Source of the DNA: Lama glama | Lineage: Eukaryota | DNA: 64,000 nucleotides | Assembly (NCBI GenBank): GCA_028534125.1 | Contig: CM052816.1 | Span: 43,960,001-44,024,000 of the forward strand | Direction of reading: 5' to 3' | Part shown: positions 14,621 through 29,629 of the stretch, in pieces | Numbering within the stretch: position 1 is the first letter of the stretch | How the letters are laid out: each line of letters starts with the position of its first letter | The notes under the pieces: generated by a model | What the model was told of the DNA's origin: nothing | Database searches by the model: none | Seen by the model: the letters and a program-made list of their open reading frames with translations, nothing else | Program-made: the position numbers and the translations under genes

Positions 14621-15744
14621 TAATTTGGTCTTATTCAGTATTTTACCTCCATGTCTCACACCATTGAGTCAATATTTATTGAATGAATAAATAAACGAAT
14701 GCATGAGATGCAGTGAATCTGAAGCACAGGAAGCATGAGGGAGAGTGAAAAAGATAAAGCTGCTGAAATAAGGAAGGACCATGAGTTGGGGAAGCTTATT
14801 TTTATCCTCTCAAAGGGGGAGAGATGTAAGTTGAGGTGCAGAGAATGTTTTCAGTATAAGAAAGTTTGACATTACATTTCTGTTTAAAACTGACTTTCCT
14901 GATCAAAATCTACTTCTCATTACAAATCATCATGTACTCTTATTTTTTTCCTTTAATAAAATATTACATTAATTGCTTTTTTTGTTTTTTGGACTTCAGA
15001 ATATTTTAATATTCTCCTTTAAAATTAAGCAAATACTGTATTCTGAATATGTAGATAAAAAAGACCAATGATCCTCAGTTTGGTGCTACCTAAAAATACA
15101 TAGCTGCCATTTTGTTAATATTCTTATCTTTTTTCAAGGGAATATAAAAAGGAAGGAGAAATAATATCTAAATTAAAATCTCAAGGGTCATTGTGTAGAT
15201 TACAAATGTTCAGGTCATTTAGCATGTAAGAGTGATATTAATGCAAATCATACTATTTTTCTTGTGAACATCATTTTTTTTTCTGGGCATGTATTCTTTT
15301 CCCTGAAAAAATTATATATTCAGTTAAAATGATCTTATAATCAAGTGAGTAGGTGTATAGAAATGTCAAATAGGAATGATAATATTTCCCACCTACCTGC
15401 CTTCACAGGATGCTGTGAGAACTGATATGAAAATGTCTTTGAAGTGTTTTGAAGTGCTTAGAAAAAAGATATGATATAAATACAGAGTTGTATTTTTAGA
15501 AGTATGATTCCAATGGACCCTATGATAAATCCTATGACTTTGGACTTAGAAGAGACAGAGTCACCTTCTTGCCCTAACTCTTCACTATAGATTTGAAGCC
15601 CAGGGAGGTAAATATTTTTGGTGCCACTAACTGTATAACACTTTAATTTTTGAAGCAAAATTAAACATTGATTCAGTAACCATTTAGCACTGATTTCATA
15701 ACTTTGGGCATTGAAAGGTGCTATCCTGGTAACTCATTTACTCA

Positions 15745-16245
15745 GCATTAGTTTGGTGGGCAGTCATAACAAAATATCACAGACTGGGTGGCTTAAACAA
15801 CAGAAATTAATTTTTTCACAATTCTGGAGGCTAGAAGTTCAAGATCAAGGTGTTAGCAAGGTTGGTTTCTTCTGAGGCCTCTCCCCTTGGCTTGCAGATG
15901 GCTGTGTTCTTGTGTTTTCACATGGTCCTCCCTTGTACTTGTTTGTATCCCAATTTCCTTTTCTTATTAGGACACTGATCAAAATGAAGTAATTAAATTG
16001 AAATGACCACATTTAAGCAGTCATTCTTTTTTTAATTTTAATTCATTAATTCATTAATTTTTTAACAAAAACATTGAACCCAGGACCTCATGCATGCTAA
16101 GCACATGCTCTACCACTGAGCAATACCCTCTCCCCTAATTACTTCTTTTAAGGCCCTATCTCCTTAAAAGTCACATTCTGAGGTACTAGGGGTTAACATT
16201 TTAACATTTAATTTCGAGGGGGGGTGTACAATTCAGCCTGTAATA
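15745..16245 (-). mobile_element. MaLR LTR (MLT1A/B-like), interrupted by a SINE
   Basis: cataacaaaatatcacagactgggtggcttaaacaacagaaatt...ttctggaggctagaagttcaagatcaagg...gtcacattctgaggtactagggg. Confidence 0.85.
16026..16135 (-). mobile_element. tRNA-derived SINE (camelid Vic-1-like)
   Basis: Minus strand reads ggggagagggtattgctcagtggtagagcatgtgcttagcatgcatgaggtcctgggttcaat, with Pol III A- and B-box-like motifs and an A-rich tail. It sits inside the MLT1 LTR. Confidence 0.75.
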
Positions 16246-16562
16246 CTAAGAGACCTGTGTTTGGGCCTTGCATAAAGACACTAGCCAGTCATTGCAGACA
16301 CCTTCACTTTCGGTCTTTTAATGCTTCCATTGCTTTTCTCAGATACACTGTTCTTTCTGGTTCTCAAATGTGCTCAGCCCTTTCTCTCCTAGGTTCTTTG
16401 CGCTTGTCTTTTCCTGGTGGGTTCTTTCTTAATTTCTTCATATCACTTTACACCAGGTCTTAGCTTAATGCCATCTTCACAAAGATGTCTTTTTTAGTCA
16501 CATTATGTACATTAGTCCTAGTGATATTTAGTATCTTATCTTCTTTATTTTCCAAAAAGCCT

Positions 16563-17012
16563 ATGAGAAAAAGAAGCAACCCCTGATGCCTGGGAACTAA
16601 TTAGACATTTAAGCCCTAGACCTCAGTGTTTTTATGGGACAAACTGATCACCCTTTTACAGCTGAGCCATGTTGTTCTCCTGCTGAAAGTAATGTCACAG
16701 ACCATTCACATCAGCAAGGTCACTGTGCAACCCGCAGAATAACTACCACCCCCTCTCATTAAATGAGTGACTATAGCTTTTTAAAACCAGCTACAACTTT
16801 AACTTTGCCTTAATCTGCCTTCTTTGTAGATAATTTATCGAGACAGCCAATCGTAGAATTGTCCCTTCTTGATGACAACACTCAACGCACCCCTAAATTC
16901 TCCCAAGTATTACCCAGCCAGAGCTCAGATTCTGAGGTGTGTGTTCTTCTTTGCAATGAGTAATACATACAACTTATTCAACTGCAGCTGTGCCCAGTAG
17001 TCTTTGGCTGAT
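16563..17012 (+). mobile_element. Solo ERV1-type LTR (MER34/MER39-like) inside an L2 remnant
   Basis: gttctcctgctgaa...cacatcagcaaggtcact...aaatgagtgacta...agccaatcgtagaatt...ttgcaatgagtaata...gtctttggctg. Confidence 0.55.
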
Positions 17013-19684
17013 CTATTCATCTAGATCATGGATTTGTTTACTCATTCTCTCTCTCCTCCATGAAAGCATAAACTCCATAAAGGAACGGGTCTGGGCTGAC
17101 CTCATCATTTCTTCATTACTAGTAGCTTTTATAGCAACACTCACTGTGCCCAGCATATAATAGGCAATCAGTTAACACTGGATGAACAATGGAATAAACC
17201 AACACCAAAATATTCATGACTTATTTTGTACCCATTCAAGTGCCTCTCTTTAGAACATCTTAGGACCTTTCTACTGATTTTAAGGATATATGAGAAGGAA
17301 CATATTTCCTAAATAGGGAATGACACATTGCAAATGATGCATGAAGATTATTTCTCCTGTTGGGAGCAGAAAAGAATGTGGGGGGAAGAGAATAAATATT
17401 TTTGGGTTAAGTAAATAAAGTTAGCTTGGGAGTGGACACTTCGATAAAGTGAGCAAATGGCCAATTTGATAAATATGCCACAGGCTTTGTTCCTTTAGTG
17501 TTCATTGGGTACAGAGACCCAAGATAACAAGTTAGACAAAACAGCTTCAAGATCGTGAGTCCCCAGAATTTTTGTTAGATTTCAGTCATTATTCTCAGTA
17601 AGTATTCACTATCTGTACCTGCAATGGAAATCTGTTAAAAATGTCAATTGTTTTCTTAGTCATTATAACCTTATCTTGTAAAAAGAGTTTGTATATATAC
17701 TCTTCAAAGCTATTTTTGCATAGAATGAACAGATAAATTGTTTTAGATCTTTACACTTCAAGTTATCATATAAAAACATTTGGTAACTTATGTGTCATAT
17801 AGTTCTTGATTTTTTAAATTGCTTGCTTTAAAAAAATTGAATTTTAGTTAAACCTTTGGTGGAAAAGAATCAACCCAATTAAGATGTCTGAGCCAAATTT
17901 AAAGACCTTTTAGATATTGGATAAGAAGCTATATCACACAAAGTATGAAATATGATATTAATAGAAAACTAATTTCACAAAAATTTTTAAGAGTGAAGCT
18001 TTTGCAAAACAACATGCAATGTGAAGACTGCAAAGATAGAAGAAATTTGATTTCTGTTTTGTATATGACTGATACAGATAATCCATGCAGTAATTCTAAC
18101 TCTAAATTTTTAATCTATGGCTCCAATGCTTTTTGGATAATCCTACAGAAAATTGCCTTTCTGAGTTTTATATTGGATTTTATTTTGCCCACAAAACAAT
18201 ACATTTTATACTTAAAATAATGAAGGATGTGTATTATTTTATCTATTGGTATAAAATATTAATTAAATTTCGGTAGGTAATAATACTGTGTATCTAGATG
18301 TTTCCAGTTCCACATAATCCTGTTTTGTGCTTAATGCAAAAACGAAACTAACAAAACAAAACTCTGATGGCTGAACTTAGCAATGTATAATTCTATGTGG
18401 AAATTACTGATGAGATAGTAAACAGTATTACTTACGTTTTATAAAAATTAACAAAGACTCACTTACAAAGCATCTACTTACAATCCATTTCTTTTTTCCT
18501 TTTAATTTATGAGATCCAATTATTTTAAGTGGCCAAAACAATTACAACTTGAAAGGAATACTTTGTTAATTATATTTCTTCTAATGTGGATGCCCAAATA
18601 TTTCATTTTTTAAATATTTAAGTGGATAGTTTCATGCTACTTTCCAATGGCTTAAGTTTTTTGTGACTTTTCATCTTTCACCATGAACTATTCTATTTGA
18701 TTTCACATCTTTAATTCTTTTGAGTTCAGAGTTACACATCTAAATCTCTGGCAAAACATAGGCTTAAATTCCATTGTTCCTATCAGAAGAGAAACTTTAT
18801 TTTGTGGAGTGTGAAGAGTTGTAGTAAACATTGACTTAATATTAGAATTACCACTGAAAACAAAAGTGTGGAGGTTTTCACCACTTTAATGAAAAAAAAG
18901 TCTTCAAGTGCCACCTTTAAAGTGTGACAAGGCAACAAAAGTAAGAAAAAACAGAGTAGAGAGTATTTCTTCATGTTACTGGGAAACAATCCACCAGGAG
19001 AACTTGGAATACCCCACTGTGGGTTGTCCCTTAGTATAGTTTTATTACTATATATCTCTGCATACAGCATGATGTACTTAAGTATTTACTTATTTTTTAA
19101 AATCAAGTTTTTTCCTGGCTCAGATCATTTCTCAACTAGTTAGCTTACTAGTTCTCCCATAAGTGGGGGAGTGGAAAAAGGGATTCTGGTGTAACTTTCA
19201 CATAAAGAGGCAAAGCTTAAGGCAGGATCAAGGCAACACTGTAGTGTGTTTGGCAGGAATTGATCTTGAATGATGTTCACAGTCTCCAAGTCATCTTGCC
19301 TCAAGACTAGCACAGGGAACTCCTTCATCTGGGAGAGTACAAAGGGATGATGGGGAAGAACATTAAGGCTGTCTTTTCAGTGATTCTCCAGAGGAAGAAG
19401 CCTATTATTTTTTTTAGTTTCATCAAAATGCTAGGCAAGAATGGCTGCCACAGAGAAAGCTTATTTTCTCTCATTTCTCTGAGGATTAAGCACGGGGCAT
19501 CCATGACCTAAATCTGGGCAGAAGGGATCAGCTTTTCTTTTGACCATGTTCTCCTTTCAGATTTTCAGGTATTTTGGGGAAAGAACAACCAGTCACCATT
19601 ATACCTATGACTCAGAGTGTTTGTTAGAATTAAAGGCAAAAATATATATACTATGATTTGTTTAATCCAATTAAAAATATTGAT

Positions 19685-20322
19685 TTCAGGTATAACACTT
19701 AAGTCTTTAATCCATTTTGAATTTACTTTTTATATGGTGTGAGGTAATGTTCTAAACTCATTGTTTTTTATGTGGCTGTCCAGGTCCCCAGCACCACTTA
19801 CTTAAGAGATCGTCTTTTCTCCATTGTATATTCTTGCCTCCTTTGTTGTAGATTAATTGACCATAGGTACATGGGTTTATTTCTGGGCTTATTCTGTTCC
19901 ATTGATCTATGTGTCTGTTTTTGAGACCTGAAACCATAAAACTCTTAGAAGAGGACACATGCAGAACACACTTTGGCATAAATCATAGCAATATTTTCTT
20001 TAGATCTCTCTCCTAAGGTAAAAAAAGTAAAAGCAAAAATAAACAAATGGGACCTTATTAAACTTAAAAGCTTTTGCACAGGGAAGGAAACCACCAACAA
20101 AACAAAAAGACAACTTATGGAAAGGGAGAAAACATTTGCCATGATATGACCAAGAGGTTAATAGCTAAAATGCATAAACAGTTTATATAACTCAATATCA
20201 AAAAAAAATCCAAATAACCCAGTCATTAAATGCGCAGAAGACTTAAATAGACATTTTTCCAAAGAAGGCATACAAATGTTCAACAAGCATATGAAAATTT
20301 GCTCAAAATTGCTAATTATTAC
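19685..20322. mobile_element. L1 ORF2 fragment with 5' inversion (antisense 19685-19923, sense 19924-20322)
   Basis: The minus-strand ORF gives [34 protein letters not shown] (L1 ORF2). The plus strand then continues agacctgaaaccataaaactcttagaag...aaacaaatgggaccttattaaacttaaaagcttttgcacag. Confidence 0.85.
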
Positions 20323-23300
20323 AGTGGATCAAATTTCTAAAAACCATTTATTTCACTTTCTATGGCAATGGGACTAATCCTTTAAAACTTAGAGCTCTTG
20401 ACTTATGTAACTGGGTAACTATAATCATTCCTACTGATTTCTGGAGAAAGAGTAACAAATGGGATTTGGTAGATTTTACAGAAATACATGCATGAAGGAA
20501 GAATAAGGTATTTTTAAATCTTTAAACTTCTCATTGAGAAGGAGTAAGAGCTAAGCCGCACAAAAGCCAGCACTATTTCCCTTTTACAAAATACATGCCT
20601 GGAGGAAAGGCACATCTTTGAAATGGAAAAGTTGGTTGCATCTTAAATAGTATTAGATCCTGCTGGTTGTCTGAAAGGTGTTTGCCCAAGGACATTTTGG
20701 CATTTCTTCTATGATTTGCACAGGCTTCTGATGTATTCTTGAAAAATCAAAGTTCAGTTCAGCATTTAATGTTTGTAGTTGACTGGGTTAAAGATGAAGA
20801 CAAACCATTAGACTGATTTCCCCTCCCTTATAGTTTTACAATATTTTATTTTTGAAGTGGGATTTTATACAGAAGAGATTATTGCTTTAATTTCACTAAA
20901 TGGATTTCCAGAAAGTCAAGACCTCTTTCACCCTTAGCTTTCCTCACTTTTCAGCCCACTTTTCCACGTTGTCTCTCCTGTAACAGCACATGCCAAGCCC
21001 CTCTCTGAAATATTTAGAGGTAGGAGTGATTAAGAGCTATTTGGAGCAGGTCTAGAAATGGCCCCAAGAAATTAAGGATCAAGCTCTAATATTAGCTGAT
21101 TTTTGGCCGTCTTGGCAATGTGCAGGAAATCAAAATTAAGACTAGATCCTAGTCTCCAAACCATCACTGTGTATTGCAGAATTTTCTTTTTCATTCAGAT
21201 GCTTTGAGTTTATTACCTATCTGCCAATATCTTTGATCTTCTCTAATTCTTTGTTCTCCATTTCAATATATTGTATGAAATCTTATTCCCACAAAAGTTA
21301 TACTATATATTTTACCAGTTATGAGGGGGCTAAGTGAGAAGGTAGAAGACAATGGCAGTAGAGTTATAGTTTTATTAATAAGCAGGACTCACTTAAAAAT
21401 GATAAAGTTGTTTTTTGGAGAAAATTAGAAATCAAAATGTGTGCCTGCCTGGCAAGATACCAGAGATGTTGGAGAGGGGAGGAAGGAGACCTTGCTGTCC
21501 ACTCCAGAAACAGCATAAGTACCCTCACTCCAGTCATTCTGGAAGGCAGTTGACATGGGGAGAGGTGATGGGGTTGAGGTGGGTGATAGGCATTTTTCGA
21601 GAAGTAATAGAGTAGATGGAAGCAATGATTAAAACCAATTCTCCACTCCACCAACTGATGCTGGAAACTGAAGCAACCAAACAAAGCATTTTTGTCTTTC
21701 TGCTTGAAGATGCTCTGAACATCAGTGTGTGGCAGTAAAAAGATGTGTGGGTTAAGTCCCAGCTCTAGTCATTCTGTGATGTTGGGGAGCTAGTCATGTC
21801 CCAGACAGGTCTCAATTTAGTCCTTCTATGAGGAACATTTTGAATTCAGAGCCCAATCAACACAAGCTTTGAAAAATAGTCATTTTTTCCCCTTATTTCA
21901 TTAGGGAATAGAATTTTTTGAAAAAACATAGGCAATAATAAAGGTCATCCCTAGGTGAATTAAGGCTTCAGGTGAAGAACTCTGTATTGCAGACAAATGA
22001 TCAGACCTCATGATTTCCTTAGGAGCTGCCTATTTATCTCAACCAATCTGTGCTCAGAGGTGCTTTGCCATACAGTGAAAATTGCAAAGAGCGACATTTT
22101 ACATGGCATAATTTTTTCAACTTTTTTTTTCACACTGCTGATTTCTGATACAATTGCTCAGCTCCTAGCTGATTTGTAAATCAAGATACCACTATATAGT
22201 GGCACAAGTAACAGACCACCACAATAGAATTAAAATAGAGAGACTAATAATATATTTTTATTATTGAATGGCAATTTCTGCTTTCTGTTAAAGAATATGT
22301 ACCAAATTAGTAGTTAAATTCGAGAATAATGCTTCCTTAGATGTGTCAGGTGTCCCTTATTGTGAAAGCTCTATGACTATCAATGGAGGTATCAGTTGGC
22401 TGAAAAATACAAATAGTTTATGCTTTTTTATCAAACTGATAATTTGTCTAAGGGGCCCTTTGAATGAGATGAAACTATTTGGGAGGATCATTTATCAGTT
22501 CCTGTTTAACATTAAATGAAATATAAAAATAAAATCCAGTGATTTCAGGGCTTAACTACATTTATAATTAATGTTCTTACTCATGTCGTTAAGTTAAAAA
22601 AATAGATAGAAGATAAATGTGATAGGGAGGAGCTGGAAAGAGAAAAACAATGTGAATTTGTTTCAGAATATTTTATTTTCACTCTGACTATGGAATATTC
22701 CAAAGAGAATTACATCAGTAAGTTTATTGTATTACCTAGGAACTACAATTAATTTCAGTAAAATGTAACTTTTCTTTGTAATACATTTTCCAGGACATTG
22801 CCTTTTAATCTCAAAAGTACATTTTATTTGTAAACCCAAATGATGACAGAGTTTGCTTTTCTTTCATTGTGATGGCTCAGAAACTTGAAATTACCTGGTA
22901 TAATTTTCAATTTCTGAAATTTGCTTTCCTGATGTTATATTTTGATGCTTCTAGTTACTGGTCCACGTATGGCTGTAGAGGGGTGGCCGTTACCAATGAG
23001 TGGTCATTTGTGAAAGTGCATTGTCTTGTGACAGGACGGTCTTTGCTAGAACAGAGTCAGTAGGTGGAGTGATAACTTCATTTATTGGCATATTTATAGG
23101 TTTCAATGGGATAGTGTTGGCAGTTGTTTAACCTGCACTGGGAAGTGAAGAGTAATTAGTGGTCTAACAAACTTTTCAGTGATGCAAGTATGCAGAAAGT
23201 CAGAAAAGCCTCAGGTTATTTCTTTCTATATTTTACCATTTTTATTTTGCAATTGTTGATATGTGTCTATAGGTTTCTGACAGAAGGAAGACACTTAGAA

Positions 23301-24224
23301 GGATCAGAAGGTAATATTTCACAGGGGAAAATGTATTTATACTCAGCAATAAAACTTCTCCTTTGAGTTCTAGGAAGAAAAAAGTGTGGGTCTTGAGCCA
23401 ACTGACCAGCTAGCTTGTGTTTTTTTGGAAGAAAGTGAAAAACCTAAATAGGAAATTCAGCTTTTGACTGTTATGGCTAAAGTGCTGTTACTAGGAACAA
23501 GTTAATTTTTTTTTTCAAATGTTGGATTTATTTAAGAAAAGAACGACCCTCACAGAATCTCTTTAATCTGCATGGAGAATTAGTCATTGTGTTTTGCTCT
23601 TTGATGTGCTGTGGCAATAATCACCCACACATAGATTCCATCCAACTTTGCTAATGTTCTATCAACTCTGGGACCTGCAGATTGAACCTCTAGAGAGAGT
23701 GTGGCTCTCTCTGGTAAAATCAAGTTGTTCTGAAAAGCACACATCATGCTTCTATCTTCTACTCTTGGGTATTTCCTTTCCAGAAAAATTCCCCTAATGG
23801 ATATTAGACTAAAATAATAGCATGGCAGTTAAAAAATATACTGTTTCTTTTCAAGTCTTTTGCTACAGAGACAAAAGAGAGGGTGTCGATTTTTTTCCTT
23901 TTATTCTCACGTAAAAATTAGTATTAGCTGAATCCCTGACAATCAACATTCAGTCAAATAAACAAATAAATAATAGATGTGATCTAAACTGTCACTATGA
24001 AAGGCCAAAGCAGAATGCATTTTATGCAGACCTCAAGCAACTTGGTGATGGTTTTAATGATGGCCTTAACTGAAATGTATATCTTAACGAGGCATATTTA
24101 CAGCATGTAATAAATGTTTAAATTAGATTAATTAGTATGTTTAGTTGAGGCTTTCTTACTGTTTGGAATTATTTGCCTTGCTAAAGTAGTAAATCTAGAT
24201 GAGCTGAGCACTCAAATGATTCTA

Positions 24225-24440
24225 ATAACAACACTTGGCATTTGTACAGTGCGTTATATTTTCTAAGTACTTTATAATTACAGTATTAATTAGTTAAGTG
24301 ACACAGTGATCTTGTGAAGAGGTCTGCATTATTATCCCCTTTCACAAATGAGAAAACTTTAACTGCAAAGGATAGTAATTCACATTGCAAATAAATCAGG
24401 TTAAGACTAAAAAACATTTTGCGTGACTTGTGCCTGGCTG
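24225..24440 (-). mobile_element. MIR SINE fragment
   Basis: attattatcccctttcacaaatgagaaaact core. Confidence 0.6.
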
Positions 24441-25254
24441 ATATGGCGTTTTACTGAGAACAATTTATTTTGATGTCATATTCTTTTGGTTCAAGAGGAA
24501 AAGGTTTTATCCCATGTACAGACTTTCAGAAAGCTAGCAGACTAAGAAAAGAATAGAAAAGAGAAGTTTCTTTAGTTTCCCTTGCATTTCTATATTCTAT
24601 AATAAACTTTCATTATATCCTCGAGGCTGAGTTGAGCATGGAATCTTCATGGTGAACTGAGTTGCCTCCTGGAGGATCCTTGGTCCCCTCTCAGAAGGTA
24701 GCATTGTCTGTTCTTTACTGAAGCATCTCTTGTGCTTCATATAAAAGAAAAAGGGAATAAGAACTTCAAAGTCCAGTGAGGCTGGGAAATTCACTTAAGT
24801 CTCTTTGGTTTATAATCTTTATGCAAACTAAGTAGTGCTCAAAATATTAAGCACTAGTAGTATAAAATATTATAGAATAAGATTATTTTAAGTAAGCAAC
24901 TTCATCTGGTATTAATTAGTTACTTATTTATGTTCTGGCTTCTAAAGGAAAACCCAAGAATTAATAGAACAAAAATAAACTACAAGTAAGTAGTTTATTC
25001 TTCTGTACCAAGCAATTTGTAGTTTAGCAGAAGGATACAAGCATGTTAGCAAATTAAAGCAATATGAACCAAATATTCGTTAGGCACTGGCCACTCATCA
25101 GGCGTGATTTCAGGGGAAATAGTGGTGAACAATACAGGTAAAAATCCCTGCCTTGATTTAGCATATATTTCAGAGAGTGAATAAAAAAAAATTAAAGGCA
25201 GTGTGATAAAAGAGGGGTAGGGTATTTATAGATGAGACACACACACCAAAAAAG

Positions 25255-27567
25255 GGAGATGGTTCAACATATAGAAGTAAAGCACTATAGTACACCACCT
25301 AACAGAATGAAGGCAAAGACAGCACATGATCATCCCTTTTGATGCAGAAAAAGCATTTGACAAAATCCAACACCCCTTTGTGATAAAAATGCTCAACAAA
25401 TAAGCTACAGAAGGAAACTACCTCAATATAATAAAAGTCATATGTGAACAGCCCACAACTAACATCATATTCAATGATAAAAGACATAATCGTTTTTCAT
25501 TAAGCTCAGGAAGAAGATGAGGATGCTCACTTTCACTACTTCTATTTAATGTAGTATTGGATGTCCAAGCTAGAGAAGTTAGGCAAGAAAAATAAAAGTT
25601 ACCCAAATTGGAAAGGAAGAAGTAAAATTATCTTTGTTCACAGATTTTATCTTTAGAAAACATTAAAGAGTGCACAAGAAAAAAATCTGTGAGAACTAAT
25701 AAGAAAATTCTGTTAAGTTGCAGGATATTAACCAACACATAACAATCAGTTGCATTTCTATCTACTAACAATAAACAATATGAAAAGAAAACTAACAAAA
25801 TAATTTTATTTTCAATTTTCTCAAAAAGAATGAAATACTTAGAAATAAACTTAATCAAGGAGGCAAAAGACTTGTACACTGAAAAGTAAAAAATGTATTT
25901 TAAAAGAAATTAATAAAGATACAAATAAATGGAAAGACATCTCAAGGTCATGACTTGCAAAAATTAGTATTGTTAAGATGTCAACAATACGAAAGTGATC
26001 TACAGATTTAATACAATCCTTATCAAAATCTCAATGGCACTCTTTTCAGAAATAAAAAACTCCACCCTAAAATTTATATGGAATCTCAAGAGACCCTGAA
26101 TAGCCAAAATAATCTTTAAAAGAACAAACTTGAAGGTCTCACATGTCCAGATTCTAAAACTTTTTACTGAGATACAGTAATCAAAACAGTACAGAACTGG
26201 CATAAAGATAGACATACTGACCAGTTGAATAGAATTTTAAGCCCAGAAAAGCTTTGCACATATGGTCAAATGATATTTGACAAGAGTGCCAAAACCATTC
26301 AATGGAGAGAGAGCAATTTTAAAAATAAATGATGTTGGAAAAATTGCATATCCACATGAAAAAGAATAAAGTTAGATCTTCAACTTACATCGTGTGCAAA
26401 AATTAACTCAAAATGGATCAAAAACTTAAATGAAAAAACTAAAACTATGAAACTCAGAATAAAACATGGTGAGGGGAACTTCATTGGATTTAGCAATGAT
26501 TTCTTGGATATGGTACCAAAAGCATAAGCAACAAAAGTAAAATTAGATAAATTGGACATCAAAATTTAAAACTTCTGTGCATTGAAAGACACAATGAACA
26601 GAGTGAAAATGCAATCTACAGATTGGAAGAAAATATTTGCAAATCATACATCTGATAAGTGACTAATACTTAGAATATATAGATAACTTCTAAAACCCAA
26701 CAACAACAAAAATCCAAATAATTTTAAAAAGTGGATAAAGGTTTCAATAGATATTTCCCAAAGGAAGACAAACAAATGGCCAAAAAGTACATGAAAAGAG
26801 GCTCAACATCACCAATCATGAGGGAAATACCTGATAAAATACTACCTCATATCCATTAGGAACTCTACTATAAAGAACAAAACAAAAACAGAAACTATCA
26901 AATTTTGGTGAGGATGTGGGGAAATTGGATTGCTGGTGCACTGTTGGTGTGAATATAAAGTGGTGCAGCTGCTATGAAAAATAGTATGACTGTTCCTCAA
27001 AAAATTAAAAATAGATTCACTGTAAGATCCAACAATTCCAATTCTAGGTACTACCCATTATAATTGAAAGCAGGGTCTCCAAGATATAGTTGCTCACTCA
27101 TATTCATTGCAGCATTATCCACAACAGCTAAAAGATGGAAGCAATCAAAGTGTCCAATGATGGATCAGTGAATTAAAAAAATGTAGTACATTCATATGAT
27201 GGAATATTATTTAGCCATCAAAAGGAAGGAAATTGACATATGTTATAATATGGATGAAACTTGAGGTCATTATGCGAAATGAAATAAGTTAGCTAAAATA
27301 AGACAAACACTATATGATTCCACTCATATGATATGCCTAAAATAGTCAAATTCATAGAGACATAAAGTAGAAATATGGTTGCCAGACACTGGGGAGATGG
27401 AGAAATGGAGAATTGTTTAATGAATATAGAGTTTCTGTTTTGCAAGATAGAAAGAGTTCTGGAGATTGAATGCATAACAATGTGAATGTACTTACTACTG
27501 AGATCTTTGCTTAAGAATGTTTAAGATGTTCTATGTTACATGCTTTTACCATAATTTAAAAATTGTT
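25255..27567 (+). mobile_element. 5'-truncated old L1 (L1MB-like): decayed ORF2 RT/C-terminal region and 3' UTR
   Basis: gatgcagaaaaagcatttgacaaaatccaacaccc ([12 protein letters not shown]), aaatggaaagacat, aactcaaaatggatcaaa, and the 3' UTR gagtttctgttttgcaagat...gttctggagat. Many stops and frameshifts. Confidence 0.9.
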
Positions 27568-27844
27568 TAAAGGTTACATAAAAGAAAGTTGTGGAATAAG
27601 AGTCATTTATATAACACCATTTTTACAAATAAATAAATCATAACTTAAAAATTGAATTAGGGCATAAGTACTAATTAAGGATAAGAGAGAAATGGGACAT
27701 TTTTGTATTTTATTTTTACCTTTAGTATATTTTAGAATTTGGTCCATGAGTATATATTATCTTTACTTTGAAAAAAGTATTTAGAAAGGTAGATTGATAT
27801 AGATAGGTAGACAGACAGATAGACAGATGAAAAGATGCACATAC

Positions 27845-27925
27845 AGTTGGGATGGACCATGTGAAATTGCTGACATTTGATCAGTTTTGACCCACAAAAA
27901 ATGGCAATCTCATACAACTCAATAA
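27845..27925. mobile_element. MADE2-like mariner-derived miniature element
   Basis: ccatgtgaaattgc...ttttgacccacaaaaaatggcaatctcata. ~80 bp with imperfect terminal inverted repeats. Confidence 0.65.
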
Positions 27926-29629
27926 CATACAAGAATTAGTAAAATAAGACAAAAATAGCAATATTTACAATCCTTTCCAATTTTAATTATATAAATGCCC
28001 AAAAAGATAGTTCTAAAAGTCTCAATTTAGTGTTAAAATGTTAGTAGTTGACCGAGTTTTTGATATCATAGCCCAAGTTGCTTTATTTGAAAGTTTGCTT
28101 GCAAGTATTCGTGTTTGTGAAATGTTTTAGCTCATTGAATTTCAAAGATTAGAATTTAGGTCTCACTGCATGGTTTACATACAATGCATGTTCTGAGACT
28201 TAAACAATAAAGACATATGCAGCATCTTAAAGAATATTTCTAAACCAGTCGACTTTGTTGATTGATTTTCATAGAATGTTTTTCATGTACTAATTATATC
28301 AAGAGAGAATATTAGAATGTCACTGAAGTGGAATTGCCCTTTTTGAAACCTGTATAAAAGACACAGAGCAGAAAAATCATGATTGTGAATGAGAAGCTTA
28401 TAGTGTTTGGTTCAAAAATCTTTCTTCATCTGTGATGGAGCTCAATTCCTTAGGCAGATAATGTATAGTAACATTTGAAGCATATAATAAATATCCTTTC
28501 TTACTAATGTATTACATTTTATTAGCTAGATCAATATTGCTGTAATTTCCACCCATTAGCATCTCATTGCTTTGAAGTACATAAAAATATTTACATTAAC
28601 ACTGATCAAAATTGCAACAGCGTGTATTAAAATATGAATGACATGTAATCAGAATTTTCCATTTCTACTGCCTCCAGTTATTTGTGACCCCAGATATGAA
28701 GTTCAAGTTTATACTTAATAGCACAATTATGTAAATCTGTAATTCTAACACTGAATTACATCTGGTAATGATCAATAATTATATTTATGTATGATGTGAA
28801 GTTAATACTGCCACCATAGATTAATGTAAACAACAAAATTATTTCTGCACTTGAGAGCTAACAAATCATCATAAACAAAGAGAACTAACACAATCTCTTC
28901 AGAGCCTAATTTCTCCAGCAGAGTAAACAGATTTTTTATTCCCAATGCATGTAAAGCCCCCAAATAAAAAGAACAGAACCCTACCAAAAACATCACGATG
29001 GCTGAATATTTCACTACACTTTTTAATTCTTATTTCAGCCTTCAGAAAAGTGAAGATATTCTGAAGTATCTAATAAGCCTTTATTGAGAAAATACTGGGA
29101 AAAGGTGAAAGACAGAAAAAAGTAGAAATTCTAGGACAATACAATTTAAAAACCAATTTGGAAAATTACATACACATTTCTATATATTATGGAGCTCAAG
29201 GTCTTTCCATTAAAAAATACTCTGCAAATATATCAGAACATTGTCAACAGCTATTATGTTATTTGACCCTTTCTTGAATTAGAGCCATAGTGGAAAGAAA
29301 CAAAAGCTTGAAATAATCAATATAAAATCAACTTTAATTTTCAACAGTTAGGAATGTCTCAACTAGGGAGAAGACATGGGAATCATGCTATGTATCTTTG
29401 CACTGCTTCGTGCTGTGTAAATTGTAGAGATGAACTAGACTGGAATTCAATGGAAAGCACTGAAGAGCAGATGCAGTATTATAAAATGATTACGCTCCTT
29501 GCTCAGACTAAAATCAATATCATATTTCTTATTTCAACAATAAGGTTAAAAGAGGAGGAACTGACAATAGGAGGTTAGGCATTTTACATCTGTTTCATTT
29601 ATTCATCATTTCATCATTCACTTAGCTTC

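Noticed and set aside
16073..16135. tRNA-Ala gene
   Set aside because: The 3' acceptor half is absent, an A-rich tail follows, and it is inserted in an LTR. It is a SINE head.
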